A DNA stretch of 64,000 bases, taken from Candidatus Enterousia sp. GTDB lineage: Bacteria > Pseudomonadota > Alphaproteobacteria > Rs-D84. The notes under the pieces were generated by a model, which was not told the DNA's origin, did no database searches, and was given only the letters and a program-made list of their open reading frames with translations. A program made the translations under genes and the position numbers. How positions within the stretch are numbered: position 1 is the stretch's first letter; each line of letters opens with the position of its first letter. The DNA lies in NCBI GenBank assembly GCA_045606425.1, contig JAZURV010000013.1, positions 1,199 to 65,198 on the forward strand. Direction: 5' to 3'. Below are positions 28,179 to 37,844 of this stretch, one piece after another.

Positions 28179-28595
28179 TTGTTTTGATTCACCGTTCAGT
28201 AATTTTAACATATCCATAATCGTTCTTCTTTGTGTGTCGTTCGGCAAATTCCAATACAGATTTATCAGTTGTAATGTTTCGTTTTTTGACATTGGGTCAT
28301 CGTCTTTGACATCAGAAACCCGCATTGAACGATTGGATTTTGTTTCAGGCGGATAATTGCCGGGCAACCCTGCAAAGAAAAATGCAACAGATGTTTCCAT
28401 CGCCTGGCTTAAATCAAAAAGGCGTGCCGCCGGTATGCGATTGCCAGCCGTTTCGTATTTCTGGATTTGCTGGAAACTGACACCGCATTTTTTTGCCAAA
28501 TCAGATTGGGTCATTCCCAACATAACGCGACGCAGTTGCAGTCGTTGCGCGATGTGTTGGTCTATTTCGTTGATAAGCCCTGCTTTGCGTGCCAT
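28176..28595 (-). CDS. XRE-family helix-turn-helix transcriptional regulator
   Basis: LRRVMLGMTQSDLAKKCGVSFQQIQKYETAGNRI is a classic Cro/C1 HTH. 139 aa. Confidence 0.85.
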   Translation of the reverse strand: MARKAGLINEIDQHIAQRLQLRRVMLGMTQSDLAKKCGVSFQQIQKYETAGNRIPAARLFDLSQAMETSVAFFFAGLPGNYPPETKSNRSMRVSDVKDDDPMSKNETLQLINLYWNLPNDTQRRTIMDMLKLLNGESKQ

Positions 28596-28712
28596 GTGTT
28601 TTTTTCCTTTTGAATAAGAAAAATTTCTTATGTTTTATTTATACACTTTTTCTTTTTGTTTTGCAATCAAAAAACTTATATGATAACCTGAATAGACAAT
28701 GGAGAAAAAGTT

Positions 28713-30179
28713 ATGAAACCAATAGTTTTATGTATTATGGACGGCGTCGGAATAAATCCAGAAAAATCAAACAATGCGGTTGCTTTGGCAAAGATGCCAT
28801 ATTTTGATGAATTGTTAAAAAAATATCCGCATTCAAAATTAAACGCATCTGGAAATGCAGTCGGTTTGCCAGATGGAATCATGGGAAATTCAGAGGTTGG
28901 ACATATAACAATCGGTTCGGGGCGCGTGGTAAATCAGTTTTTGCGCCGTTTTGAAATCGAAGATTTGTCAAAAAATAAGCCTTTGAATAATTTTATAAAA
29001 TCTGTTGTTGATGATGGCGGGGTTGTGCATGTTGCAGGTTTGATGTCTGATGGACGTGTGCATGCGAATATTGTCGATATTTTGAAAACGATAAAATATA
29101 TTGTTGCAAACGGATTGCGTGTCTGTATTCACTTTATTGCGGACGGTCGTGATACGCCGCCGCAATCTGCCCAGAAATACATAGACATGATTAAAACAGA
29201 TTTGGGCGGTGAATTTGAAAACGGTTCTGTGTTTTTTGGGACATTGTCGGGGCGTTATTATGCGATGGACAGAAATAATAACATGGAACGCACAGATTTG
29301 GCGTTTGCGGCAATTGAACGCGGTGAATCAAATTATCATGCAAAAACAATAGATTCCGCCCTGGCAGATGCCTATGCGCGTGGCGAAACAGACGAATTTA
29401 TAAAACCAACGGTTGTCACGCCAACACAATTGACAACGCGTGATGGGTTTTTGTTCTGTAATTATCGGTCTGACCGGGCGCGTCAAATTATGCGCAAAGT
29501 GATCGAAAACGGTTGCCATATATTGTGCTTTTCACAATATGGCGAAGGACTTGATGATGTTTGCCCCGCCCTGTTGCCAGATATAAAAACAGAAAATACT
29601 TTGGGCGATATCCTGGAAAAAAATGGTAAATCACAGTTGCGTATTGCCGAAACAGAAAAATATAATCATGTAACCTATTTCATGGACGCAGAACGAAATA
29701 TAGATTATGAAAACGAAGAAAAAGTTTTGATTCCATCACCATCGGTTGCGACTTTCGATATGAAACCAGAAATGTCTGCACATGAAATTACAGATGCATT
29801 GTTGCCGCGTCTGTCCAAATTTGATGTTGTGTTATTAAATTATGCAAATGGCGATATGGTTGGGCATACGGGAAACGAAGGCGCGGCAATTCGTGCCATG
29901 GAATGTTTGGATAAACAATTGGCGCGTTTGGTGCCGGCTGTGTTAGAATTGAACGGTTGTGTTTTAATAATTGCAGACCATGGGAACGCAGAACAAATGT
30001 GGGATGGCGAACACAATGTGCCACTGACATCGCATACTACAAACCCTGTGAATTTTATAATGGTTTCAAATGGCGAATATGTTGCACACGATGGCGGACT
30101 GGCGGATATTGCACCAACAATTTTGAAACTGGTCGGAATCGAAAAACCAAAAGAGATGACAGGAAAAAGTTTAGTTTAA
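28713..30179 (+). CDS. gpmI: 2,3-bisphosphoglycerate-independent phosphoglycerate mutase
   Basis: IMDG.G, GNSEVGH...G.GR, DGRD.PP and ADHGN motifs. 488 aa. Confidence 0.93.
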   Translation: MKPIVLCIMDGVGINPEKSNNAVALAKMPYFDELLKKYPHSKLNASGNAVGLPDGIMGNSEVGHITIGSGRVVNQFLRRFEIEDLSKNKPLNNFIKSVVDDGGVVHVAGLMSDGRVHANIVDILKTIKYIVANGLRVCIHFIADGRDTPPQSAQKYIDMIKTDLGGEFENGSVFFGTLSGRYYAMDRNNNMERTDLAFAAIERGESNYHAKTIDSALADAYARGETDEFIKPTVVTPTQLTTRDGFLFCNYRSDRARQIMRKVIENGCHILCFSQYGEGLDDVCPALLPDIKTENTLGDILEKNGKSQLRIAETEKYNHVTYFMDAERNIDYENEEKVLIPSPSVATFDMKPEMSAHEITDALLPRLSKFDVVLLNYANGDMVGHTGNEGAAIRAMECLDKQLARLVPAVLELNGCVLIIADHGNAEQMWDGEHNVPLTSHTTNPVNFIMVSNGEYVAHDGGLADIAPTILKLVGIEKPKEMTGKSLV

Positions 30180-30180
30180 A

Positions 30181-30207
30181 AAGTCCCGCAAATGCGGGAT
30201 TTTTTAT
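30181..30207. terminator. Intrinsic terminator downstream of gpmI
   Basis: TCCCGCA-AAT-GCGGGA hairpin followed by T5. Confidence 0.7.
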
Positions 30208-30731
30208 TTGGTTTTTTGTTTTTGAAGTTTAGCACGATTTTCCTGCTGTTCTTGCAGAAACTTAGCGCGTAATTTGCTTGCTGTTATGTTGTCGACTATC
30301 TTGAATTTAGGGTATTGGTCTTTCGGGGCGGTGTTCTGGACCAATATTTTGTCACCGCGTTGGGTGTATAAGAAAGGATTCGGGATGCTATAATACCGCG
30401 TGTCAAGTTCAATCGTTATGTCACCGTATTTGGGACAAAATGCAGATATCATCTTTATAGAATAGTAAGTCCCTCCTGAGGGCTGGAGGCTTATTATATC
30501 TGTGCCTATGACTATTGCTGGTTCGCAATTTATGTGTTGTTGTTTTGCAAATGTCCCGCTGTCGTCAGTAGTAACAACATCCCCAATTTGTAACCCCGCC
30601 TTCCCAATGCTTTCTTTCCATGCGTCTGGATAAAGAGATGGTCCTTGTGGGTTGATGGGGACCAAGTTATAAAAAGCATATATTGGCTCAACCGAATTTC
30701 CGGTGCCCGTAATCATGAATTGTTGGTTCAT
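30204..30731 (-). CDS. Hypothetical 175-aa protein, translationally coupled to tadA
   Basis: Its ATG overlaps the tadA stop (ATGA). The tail is Lys/Gln-rich. No domain recognised. Confidence 0.5.
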   Translation of the reverse strand: MNQQFMITGTGNSVEPIYAFYNLVPINPQGPSLYPDAWKESIGKAGLQIGDVVTTDDSGTFAKQQHINCEPAIVIGTDIISLQPSGGTYYSIKMISAFCPKYGDITIELDTRYYSIPNPFLYTQRGDKILVQNTAPKDQYPKFKIVDNITASKLRAKFLQEQQENRAKLQKQKTK

Positions 30732-31189
30732 TTCGTATCCTTTTTTGTTTGTCGTTGTTTTTGAAAAAACTCTTTCAGCATTTTTGCGGATTCTTCGGCG
30801 TATTCATCCATTTGAAAAACCTGTGGTTTCCAAAGGTGTTTATCGTTTTCAAAAACCTTTGCATTTGATGTAATGCCGCCACCCTTTTCGTCCGTTGCTG
30901 CAAAATAAACATTTTTTATGCGCGCAAAAGAAATCGCAGTTGCACACATGGCGCACGGTTCCAGTGTCACATACAAATCACAATCGTCCAAGAATTTAGA
31001 GCCCAGTTTTTTGCATGCGCGATTTATAGCGACTATTTCAGCGTGCAGTGTTGGATTCTTAGATTTTTGAACACGATTTTCGCCGCGCGCAATAATTTTT
31101 CCGTCACGCACAACCACTGCGCCGATTGGTACATCGTCATGGGATTGGGCTTTTTTTGCTAATAAAAATGCTTGATTCATAAAATTCAT
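30728..31189 (-). CDS. tadA: tRNA-specific adenosine deaminase TadA
   Basis: Deaminase zinc motifs HAE and PCAMC. I chose the internal Met (MNFMNQAF) as the start to avoid overlap with the divergent rsmD. The ORF track extends to 31216. Confidence 0.85.
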   Translation of the reverse strand: MNFMNQAFLLAKKAQSHDDVPIGAVVVRDGKIIARGENRVQKSKNPTLHAEIVAINRACKKLGSKFLDDCDLYVTLEPCAMCATAISFARIKNVYFAATDEKGGGITSNAKVFENDKHLWKPQVFQMDEYAEESAKMLKEFFQKQRQTKKDTK

Positions 31190-31206
31190 ACGGTAAAGTT
31201 TACAGC

Positions 31207-31758
31207 ATGAAATCAAATTTGCAAATCATTTCTGGTAAATATCGTGGCAAGAAATTAAATCTGCCCGACGGGGCGCGTCCAACACAAAATCTGGCGCGCG
31301 GTGCATTGTTTAATGTGTTAAACGGTATTATCGACACGACAAAGCCGATTTCTGTGTGGGATGTTTTTGCCGGGTCTGGGGCGTTTGGGCTGGAATGTTT
31401 GTCGCGATTTGATAAACCCATGGTGGTTTTTACCGATAATGCGAAATCGTCCATAGATACAGTAAAGAAAAATATTATTTCAATAAACGAAACCGCTACG
31501 ATTGAAATGTGTGATGCAATATCTGCGATATCGCGGTTTGGTGGAATAACAGACCTGTTTTTTGTTGACCCTCCCTATCCGGATTTTAATTTTGGGGTTT
31601 TGTTTATCAAAAAATTGAGCAAAGTTGCAAAAAGTGGCGCAATTTTAATCTGGGAATTTGAAAAAGTGCAAAATTTGCCGGATTTTTCTGAAAATTGGGA
31701 AATTTTGCGTGATAAAACCTATGGACGCGCCAGATTTGTGTTTTTGCAGAAAAAATAA
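31207..31758 (+). CDS. rsmD: 16S rRNA (guanine966-N2)-methyltransferase RsmD
   Basis: IISGKYRGKKL..P...RPT, D.FAGSGA.G.E.LSR and DPPY motifs. Confidence 0.85.
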   Translation: MKSNLQIISGKYRGKKLNLPDGARPTQNLARGALFNVLNGIIDTTKPISVWDVFAGSGAFGLECLSRFDKPMVVFTDNAKSSIDTVKKNIISINETATIEMCDAISAISRFGGITDLFFVDPPYPDFNFGVLFIKKLSKVAKSGAILIWEFEKVQNLPDFSENWEILRDKTYGRARFVFLQKK

Positions 31759-31863
31759 TCAGAAAAAACTTGATTTTTCGTGTGTTTTAGTAAATAATAT
31801 AGCCCGCATGACACCCTTGGAGGTCATGTGACAAATAAACAAATGCTATAAAAGGATTATAAA

Positions 31864-32490
31864 ATGGCAATACAATTAAACGCTGAAATTCGCAAAGTTG
31901 CTGGCAAGGGGGCCGCACGTGCAGTTCGCAAGAACCAAAATATCCCTGCAGTTATCTATGGCGAAAAGAAAGAACCTGTGTCCATCGAATTGAACGGACG
32001 CGAATTTAATATGTTGTTGGGAAAACCGTCTTTGCGGACAAAATTATTCGAAATCACAACTGCCAACGGCAAAGAAGACGCGATGTTGATGGATATTCAA
32101 TATCACCCAGTGTCTGACAAGGTTGTACATGTTGATTTCAAACGCATAAATGTCAAAGAACCTGTTCATGTCGTTGTTCCTGTGGAAGTTATCAACGCTG
32201 ATATTTCCAAAGGTATCAAATTGGGCGGCGTTTTGAACTTTGCTGTTCGTAAGGTCGCGTTAAAAGGTTTGGTAAACGATATGCCTGAAAAAATCACAAT
32301 CGATTTAACAAATGTCACAATTGGCGACACAATCCATGGTTCTGATTTGGTTTTGCCAAAGGGTATCGAATTGGGATTGCACATGGCAGATTTGGCGTTC
32401 GCCACAATCGGTGGTAAAATGCCAGAAGAAGCAGATGCAAAACAAGCCGCTGCTGCACCTGCTGCAAAGGCTGCGCCTGCAAAGAAATAA
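31864..32490 (+). CDS. rplY: 50S ribosomal protein L25/Ctc
   Basis: R...GKGA.R..R....IPAV.YG N-terminus, two-domain Ctc length (208 aa) and an Ala/Lys-rich tail. Confidence 0.9.
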   Translation: MAIQLNAEIRKVAGKGAARAVRKNQNIPAVIYGEKKEPVSIELNGREFNMLLGKPSLRTKLFEITTANGKEDAMLMDIQYHPVSDKVVHVDFKRINVKEPVHVVVPVEVINADISKGIKLGGVLNFAVRKVALKGLVNDMPEKITIDLTNVTIGDTIHGSDLVLPKGIELGLHMADLAFATIGGKMPEEADAKQAAAAPAAKAAPAKK

Positions 32491-32549
32491 TATCAGATTT
32501 GATATTGAAAAATTTATTTACCCCAGGTTTGAAAACTTGGGGTTTAAAT

Positions 32550-32855
32550 TTATACTATATATGTAATATGTGGTTGCGGAATGTGTGGACCCCCATCTAA
32601 ACTTTTGCTGTATTTTTGTGCAGATTTAAGATTGTTTATAACATGGTAAAAAAATACATCTTCAAATATGATACTGGGTTTTTTTGAATAAATTTTCCAA
32701 AAATCATCAGTTTCGTCAATCAAAAATGAATAAACCGTTTGGGTCGCGGCATAGGTGTCCAAATCTTTGACACACAAAAGTTGTTCTATTTTTTCTTTTT
32801 TGCCAAAAACGAAAGCCCGCGCCAATTCTTGCTCTGTTATTTCATAAAGACTCAT
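32550..32855 (-). CDS. Hypothetical 101-aa protein downstream of structured RNA element A
   Basis: ORF with an ATG 30 nt after the element A terminator. No domain recognised. Confidence 0.4.
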   Translation of the reverse strand: MSLYEITEQELARAFVFGKKEKIEQLLCVKDLDTYAATQTVYSFLIDETDDFWKIYSKKPSIIFEDVFFYHVINNLKSAQKYSKSLDGGPHIPQPHITYIV

Positions 32856-32884
32856 ATAGTGCCCTTTTTTGCATTTTTTACACT

Positions 32885-33050
32885 AAAAAACAACCGCGAA
32901 AAAATTTTGCGGTTGGGGATAGACAACAATAAGACTAATTGCTCCGTTTATTCGATATATTCACGGACCCCCAACCATTGTTGGGTTTAATGTCCTTTTT
33001 AGACAAGTCTTAATAGGTGTCTAGCCAAAAGGAAACAACACGCTTCCTCG
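32885..33050 (-). ncRNA. Candidate structured leader or sRNA, copy A (paralog of 53797-53973)
   Basis: TTTACT-16 nt-TACAAT promoter (33084-33057, minus strand). P1 hairpin at 33048-33030. A hairpin at 32967-32943 presents the loop AAUAUAUCGAAUA. The CCCAAC/GTTGGG hairpin is followed by a duplicated CCCCAAC that overlaps an intrinsic terminator (32919-32885). Confidence 0.55.
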
Positions 33051-33141
33051 CTTTGAATTGTACCATATAATTCTAAAAAGTAAAGAACATATATTGGTAT
33101 TTTTTATGAAAACATACCGACAATATTTTTATTTTTACCCC

Positions 33142-33169
33142 CTTGAAACCATGTTTTTTATAACTATAT
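33142..33169 (+). promoter_or_regulatory. RpoH (sigma32)-type heat-shock promoter of dnaK
   Basis: CTTGAAA-15 nt-CTATATTT. The lon promoter at 59094-59121 has the same hexamers and spacing. This fits the alphaproteobacterial sigma32 consensus (CTTG ... CYTAT.T). Confidence 0.65.
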
Positions 33170-33215
33170 TTTGGCTAAGCGAGAAAAAACTTTACCAAAT
33201 CAAGGAGCAAACAAA

Positions 33216-35105
33216 ATGGCAAAAGTATTAGGTATCGATTTAGGAACAACAAATTCCGCCATGGCTTTCATGGACGGAAATGACCCCAAAATTATTGAAA
33301 ACAGTGAAGGTCAGCGCACAACACCATCGGTGGTTGCAATTACAAATAATGGTGACCAATTGGTTGGGATTACCGCGAAAAACCAGGCTGTGACAAATCC
33401 AGAAAATACTATTTATGAAATCAAGCGTTTGATGGGATTGCGTTTTGACAGTCCTGCGGTCAAAGAAATTCAAAAACGCGTTCCTTATAAAATCGTGGCT
33501 GGCGATAACGGTGATGCCTGGGTTGAAATCGAAGGCAAAAAATATGCCCCGTCCCAGATTTCTGCAATGATTTTGTCTAAATTGAAAAAAGACGCAGAAG
33601 CCTATTTGGGTGAAAAAATCACAGATGCGGTTATTACTGTGCCTGCATATTTTAATGATTCTCAGCGTCAGGCAACAAAAGATGCTGGTCGTATTGCGGG
33701 ATTAAATGTGTTGCGTATTGTCAACGAACCAACTGCCGCGGCATTGGCATACGGTTTGGATAAAAACAAAGATGGCACAATCGCGGTTTACGACCTGGGT
33801 GGTGGTACTTTCGATGTGTCTATTTTGGAAATTGTTGACGGTGTGTTCGAAGTAAAATCTACCAATGGTGATACTGAATTGGGTGGTTCTGATTTTGATG
33901 CACGCGTGTTAAAATATTTGATGGACGAATTCAAAGCACAAACAGGTATCGATTTGTCCAATGATAAATTGGCACTGCAGCGTCTGAAAGAAGCAGCCGA
34001 AAAAGCAAAAATCGAATTGTCGTCAAAAACATCAACAGATATCAATCTGCCTTATTTGACAGCAGATGCCACAGGTCCAAAACATTTCAACACAACATTG
34101 ACCCGCGCAAAATTAGAATCTTTGGTTGCTGATTTGATTGAAAAGACAATCGAACCTTGCAAGAAGGCATTGAAAGATGCGGGATTGACCACATCGCAAA
34201 TCAACGAAGTTATTTTGGTTGGTGGTCAAACGCGTATGCCAAAGGTTGTTGAAACTGTAAAAGAATTCTTTGGTCGCGAACCGCACAAGGGCGTAAACCC
34301 AGACGAAGTTGTTGCGTTGGGTGCTGCGATTCAGGGTGGTGTTTTGAAAGGCGATGTCAAAGATGTTTTGTTGCTGGATGTGACACCGTTGTCGTTGGGT
34401 ATTGAAACATTGGGTGGTGTATTTACTCGCCTGATTGACAGAAATACTACAATTCCAACCAAAAAATCTCAGATTTTCTCTACCGCAGAAGACAACCAAT
34501 CTGCTGTGACAATTCGTGTGTTCCAGGGCGAACGCGACATGGCGGCAGACAACAAATTGCTGGGTCAATTTAATTTAGAAGGTATCGCACCTGCCCCGCG
34601 TGGCATGCCACAAATCGAAGTGTCTTTTGATATAGACGCAAACGGTATCGTTCATGTGTCTGCCAAGGATAAAGGTACCGGCAAAGAACAAGCGATTTCA
34701 ATTAAATCTGACGGTGGTTTGTCCGAAGACGAAATCAAACGCATGGTCGATGAAGCCGCTGCAAATGCCGAAGCTGATAAAAAGAAAAAAGAATTAGCCG
34801 AGGCAAAAAATACAGCAGAAACCGCTGTGTTCAGTATTGAAAAATCACTGAAAGAACATGGGGATAAAATCAGTGCCGCAGAACGTGAAGCAATCGAAAA
34901 CGCCAAAAAAGAATTGTCTGATGAATTGGCAAAAGCCGATGCAACAGCTGAATCTTTAAAGGCAAAAACCGATGCGTTGACTGAAAAAGCCATGAAATTG
35001 GGTGAAGCAGTCTATAAAGCCGCCCAAGAAGCACAAAAATCAGAAGAAAACAAATCTGAATCTGGTGATAACAAGACAACAGATGCAGATTTTTCTGAAA
35101 AGTAA
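33216..35105 (+). CDS. dnaK: Chaperone DnaK (Hsp70)
   Basis: [17 protein letters not shown] and [11 protein letters not shown] motifs. Start set at the ATG after the AAGGAG RBS. The ORF track TTG at 33171 is rejected. Confidence 0.97.
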   Translation: MAKVLGIDLGTTNSAMAFMDGNDPKIIENSEGQRTTPSVVAITNNGDQLVGITAKNQAVTNPENTIYEIKRLMGLRFDSPAVKEIQKRVPYKIVAGDNGDAWVEIEGKKYAPSQISAMILSKLKKDAEAYLGEKITDAVITVPAYFNDSQRQATKDAGRIAGLNVLRIVNEPTAAALAYGLDKNKDGTIAVYDLGGGTFDVSILEIVDGVFEVKSTNGDTELGGSDFDARVLKYLMDEFKAQTGIDLSNDKLALQRLKEAAEKAKIELSSKTSTDINLPYLTADATGPKHFNTTLTRAKLESLVADLIEKTIEPCKKALKDAGLTTSQINEVILVGGQTRMPKVVETVKEFFGREPHKGVNPDEVVALGAAIQGGVLKGDVKDVLLLDVTPLSLGIETLGGVFTRLIDRNTTIPTKKSQIFSTAEDNQSAVTIRVFQGERDMAADNKLLGQFNLEGIAPAPRGMPQIEVSFDIDANGIVHVSAKDKGTGKEQAISIKSDGGLSEDEIKRMVDEAAANAEADKKKKELAEAKNTAETAVFSIEKSLKEHGDKISAAEREAIENAKKELSDELAKADATAESLKAKTDALTEKAMKLGEAVYKAAQEAQKSEENKSESGDNKTTDADFSEK

Positions 35106-35125
35106 GAAAGAGTTCCCTTCCTTGG

Positions 35126-35153
35126 AAAAACCGGGCGTTTGCCCGGTTTTTTT
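35126..35153 (+). terminator. Intrinsic terminator of dnaK (copy 1 of an identical 28-nt hairpin)
   Basis: AAAAACCGGGC-GTTT-GCCCGGTTTTTTT. Confidence 0.8.
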
Positions 35154-35253
35154 CTTGATTTTTGGTTCTTTTGTGCTATATGTGATTTATGATAAAACAC
35201 ACTGTATTGAAGTAGATTCTAAATATGGCACTGTTTGAACAAAAGGTTATAGT

Positions 35254-35487
35254 ATGAGATATGAAAAAACTTGGGTTAAACGTTGCTTTATACGCAAACG
35301 GTTTAAAGGGAAAAAAGAAAAAATTGTTTACTTACCAGGTCTAAAAAGAGAATATGTAGTAGTAGATGACAGGACGTTCCGTTTGTGTTGTCAGAAAATC
35401 GGGGCGGTTTGTGTTCCTTATAAGGAGACGAATAATGGCAAAGTGAAAATTTTATGGGGTATTTTGGCATCACAAAAACATCGTTAA
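35254..35487 (+). CDS. Hypothetical basic 77-aa protein
   Basis: ORF bracketed by the two identical terminator hairpins. No domain recognised. Confidence 0.3.
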   Translation: MRYEKTWVKRCFIRKRFKGKKEKIVYLPGLKREYVVVDDRTFRLCCQKIGAVCVPYKETNNGKVKILWGILASQKHR

Positions 35488-35488
35488 A

Positions 35489-35516
35489 AAAAACCGGGCG
35501 TTTGCCCGGTTTTTTT
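35489..35516. terminator. Bidirectional intrinsic terminator (copy 2 of the identical 28-nt hairpin), shared with pfk
   Basis: Same 28 nt as 35126-35153, with an A-run upstream so that it can also terminate the minus-strand pfk. Confidence 0.8.
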
Positions 35517-36603
35517 ATTTTCTTGTTTCCCCAATGTAAATTCCCATGTCAGACGCGATTTGTAATAAAATATCATCTGGTTCTACATACCGATTTGATG
35601 TCATTACACCGATAATGTTCGGGTCTTTTTGTTGTTTGCCGGCGGCGAAAAAATCATCTAAAGAAACAGTTTTATATTCACCGTTTTGTAATACGGTCAT
35701 GACATAGGTTTCGTTGTTTTCAATCGCCTTTAACGCAGTGTCGGCAAATCCGGCTGCCAAAATTCTGTCGCCGGCGGTTGTGTCGCCTGCCCGTTGGATG
35801 TGTTCTGGGAACGCTGTGCGATTTGGTATGTTTGCGCTGTTTAACGCGCGCGATATCATGTTTGCGGGTTTTCCAGAATGTCCACGAATTGAAATTCCTT
35901 CGGATACCATAATAATTCCATAATCGCGTTGTGATTGTTTGATGTGTTTTATCAGGTTTGCGGTATCAAATTTAATTTCTGGTATTAAAATAGCGTCGGC
36001 AGCAATCGCCACGCCTGCATTTAATGCCAGGTTCCCACAATCGCGTCCCATTGTTTGAACAACAAACCAGCGATGATGGCTTCGTGCGGTCAGCAATAAT
36101 TGGTCGCAATACGAAACCAATTGCTGAACAGCGGTGTCAAACCCAATGGTTTTGTCTGTCAGTGGTACATCCATATCGATGGTCTTTGGGATACATACCA
36201 ATGCCACATCATTGTAAATTTCGCGATACATGTGTGCCAAAGACAAAGACCCGTTGCCACCGATTAAAACCAAAGCGTCCAGACCTAAATCGTGTAGTGA
36301 TTTTTGTAATTTTTTATTGAATGCCTGTAATTTGCCAGCGCGCGCAGACGATTCAAAATTTTCTGCCCCAGCATGCCCATTTGCCAGTATGCTGCCCGCC
36401 AGATGCGATGCCGCGAATTGTGAATTTGTGTTCGACAAATCGACAGTTTTTGCAGGTGTACAACACAATCCGTCTGTGCCGTCTTGGATTCCAATGATGC
36501 CCCATTTGCGTTGGTCGCAACCATCAACAATTCGTTGAATCACCGTGTTTAATCCAGAACAATCCCCGCCTGTTGTCATAATTCCAATTTTTTTGTGTTT
36601 CAA
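35515..36603 (-). CDS. pfkA: 6-phosphofructokinase (ATP- or PPi-dependent not resolved)
   Basis: IGIMTTGGDCSGLN, LIGGNGS, PKTIDMD and MGR motifs. 362 aa. Confidence 0.88.
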   Translation of the reverse strand: MKHKKIGIMTTGGDCSGLNTVIQRIVDGCDQRKWGIIGIQDGTDGLCCTPAKTVDLSNTNSQFAASHLAGSILANGHAGAENFESSARAGKLQAFNKKLQKSLHDLGLDALVLIGGNGSLSLAHMYREIYNDVALVCIPKTIDMDVPLTDKTIGFDTAVQQLVSYCDQLLLTARSHHRWFVVQTMGRDCGNLALNAGVAIAADAILIPEIKFDTANLIKHIKQSQRDYGIIMVSEGISIRGHSGKPANMISRALNSANIPNRTAFPEHIQRAGDTTAGDRILAAGFADTALKAIENNETYVMTVLQNGEYKTVSLDDFFAAGKQQKDPNIIGVMTSNRYVEPDDILLQIASDMGIYIGETRK

Positions 36604-36708
36604 TTTAAACTCCTGTTTTTGTCCATGCCATTATATCATAAAAGCCTTGACAAACAAACAGGTTTTGCCATAATTTTGTCAAAGAAACTAAACCTAAGGG
36701 ATAATATT

Positions 36709-37830
36709 ATGGCAACGACAAATATCGGAAAAACAAAACGCACCACAGATGACATTATAAATGGCGCCGTCAATCGTCAGCAAGATTGGCTGGAAAATCG
36801 TCGTGCATTCACCAGAAAGTTTTTGCAACGGTTCAATGTTTTCAAAAAACCAGAAGAAAAAACAGAACCAAAACAATCGGAATCAGAATCCAGAAATAAA
36901 AAAATTCTGCGTGCTTATTGGTTCCCAATAGTTTGTGCGTTATTGGTTGTGTTGATTGCAGTGATTGTTATGTTGTTTAAAATAAACGCCCCAGTGCGTG
37001 TTATCGCACCGTCTGTCCCAGAACCAATTGTCAGAAGTGTGAAAACCAACGAAAAACAGACAACGCCCTCTTTTGATTTGGTGCGTATTGAAAAATCTGG
37101 CAGTATAATTGTTGCAGGTCGCAATATTCGTGAATCCAACATTTCAATCGTGATAAATAAAAAGATAGTTGCCACAGAACGCACAAATAAAGATGGCGAA
37201 TTTGTTTATGCGCCAAACGAAGCCTTAAACCCTGGGAATTATGTGATTTCACTGATAGATGCAGATAAAAATATCAAATCAAAAGATTCTGTGTTTGTTT
37301 ATATTTCTGACCAGGGATATAAAAATTCAGTATCTTTGTTGATGACCAAAAACGGCAGTCGTGTTATGCAGGCGCCTGTGCTGATGGATGGTGATTTGGT
37401 CGTGTCAAAGATAGACTATATGGACAATGGTCGTATGGTTGTGACTGGCAAAGCGTTGCCACGGTTGCGCGTATCATTGTCGTTGAACGATAAATACATT
37501 GGTTTTGCGCGCGTTTCTGATTATAAAAACTATGGTTTGGGTGCAGATGTTGGAAATCTGGAAAGCGGTAAAGAATACAAATTAAACATTCGTTTACACG
37601 ATGGCGAAGGTACCACAATTGCCATGGTTGAACATAAATTTGTAATGCCAGAAATGACTGGTGATGATGATACATTCTATACAGTGCGTCGTGGTGACTG
37701 TTTATGGATTATTGCGCGTAATTTTATGCGTCGTGGTATTTTGTTCACAATGATTGCGGAACGCAATAATATCAAAAATCCAGACTTGATTTTCCCGGAA
37801 CAATTATTGCAGATACCTGTCGACAAATAA
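36709..37830 (+). CDS. Membrane-anchored LysM domain protein
   Basis: One TM segment (ILRAYWFPIVCALLVVLIAVIVML) and a C-terminal LysM domain (YTVRRGDCLWIIAR......I...N.I.NPDLI.P.Q.L.IP). Start set at MATTNIGK. The ORF track start at 36595 overlaps pfk. Confidence 0.8.
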   Translation: MATTNIGKTKRTTDDIINGAVNRQQDWLENRRAFTRKFLQRFNVFKKPEEKTEPKQSESESRNKKILRAYWFPIVCALLVVLIAVIVMLFKINAPVRVIAPSVPEPIVRSVKTNEKQTTPSFDLVRIEKSGSIIVAGRNIRESNISIVINKKIVATERTNKDGEFVYAPNEALNPGNYVISLIDADKNIKSKDSVFVYISDQGYKNSVSLLMTKNGSRVMQAPVLMDGDLVVSKIDYMDNGRMVVTGKALPRLRVSLSLNDKYIGFARVSDYKNYGLGADVGNLESGKEYKLNIRLHDGEGTTIAMVEHKFVMPEMTGDDDTFYTVRRGDCLWIIARNFMRRGILFTMIAERNNIKNPDLIFPEQLLQIPVDK

Positions 37831-37844
37831 ACTAGAGTTTGTGC

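Noticed and set aside
33171-33215. Upstream alternative starts suggested by the ORF track: dnaK at 33171, rpsP at 40082, rimM at 40805, trmD at 41512, the DUF2155-like gene at 42582, the Cys-rich gene at 26810, the LysM gene at 36595, the LRR protein at 53994 and the lipoprotein at 58647
   Set aside because: In each case an internal ATG preceded by a Shine-Dalgarno-like sequence gives the conserved N-terminus or a proper signal peptide. The upstream extension overlaps the preceding gene or a regulatory RNA.
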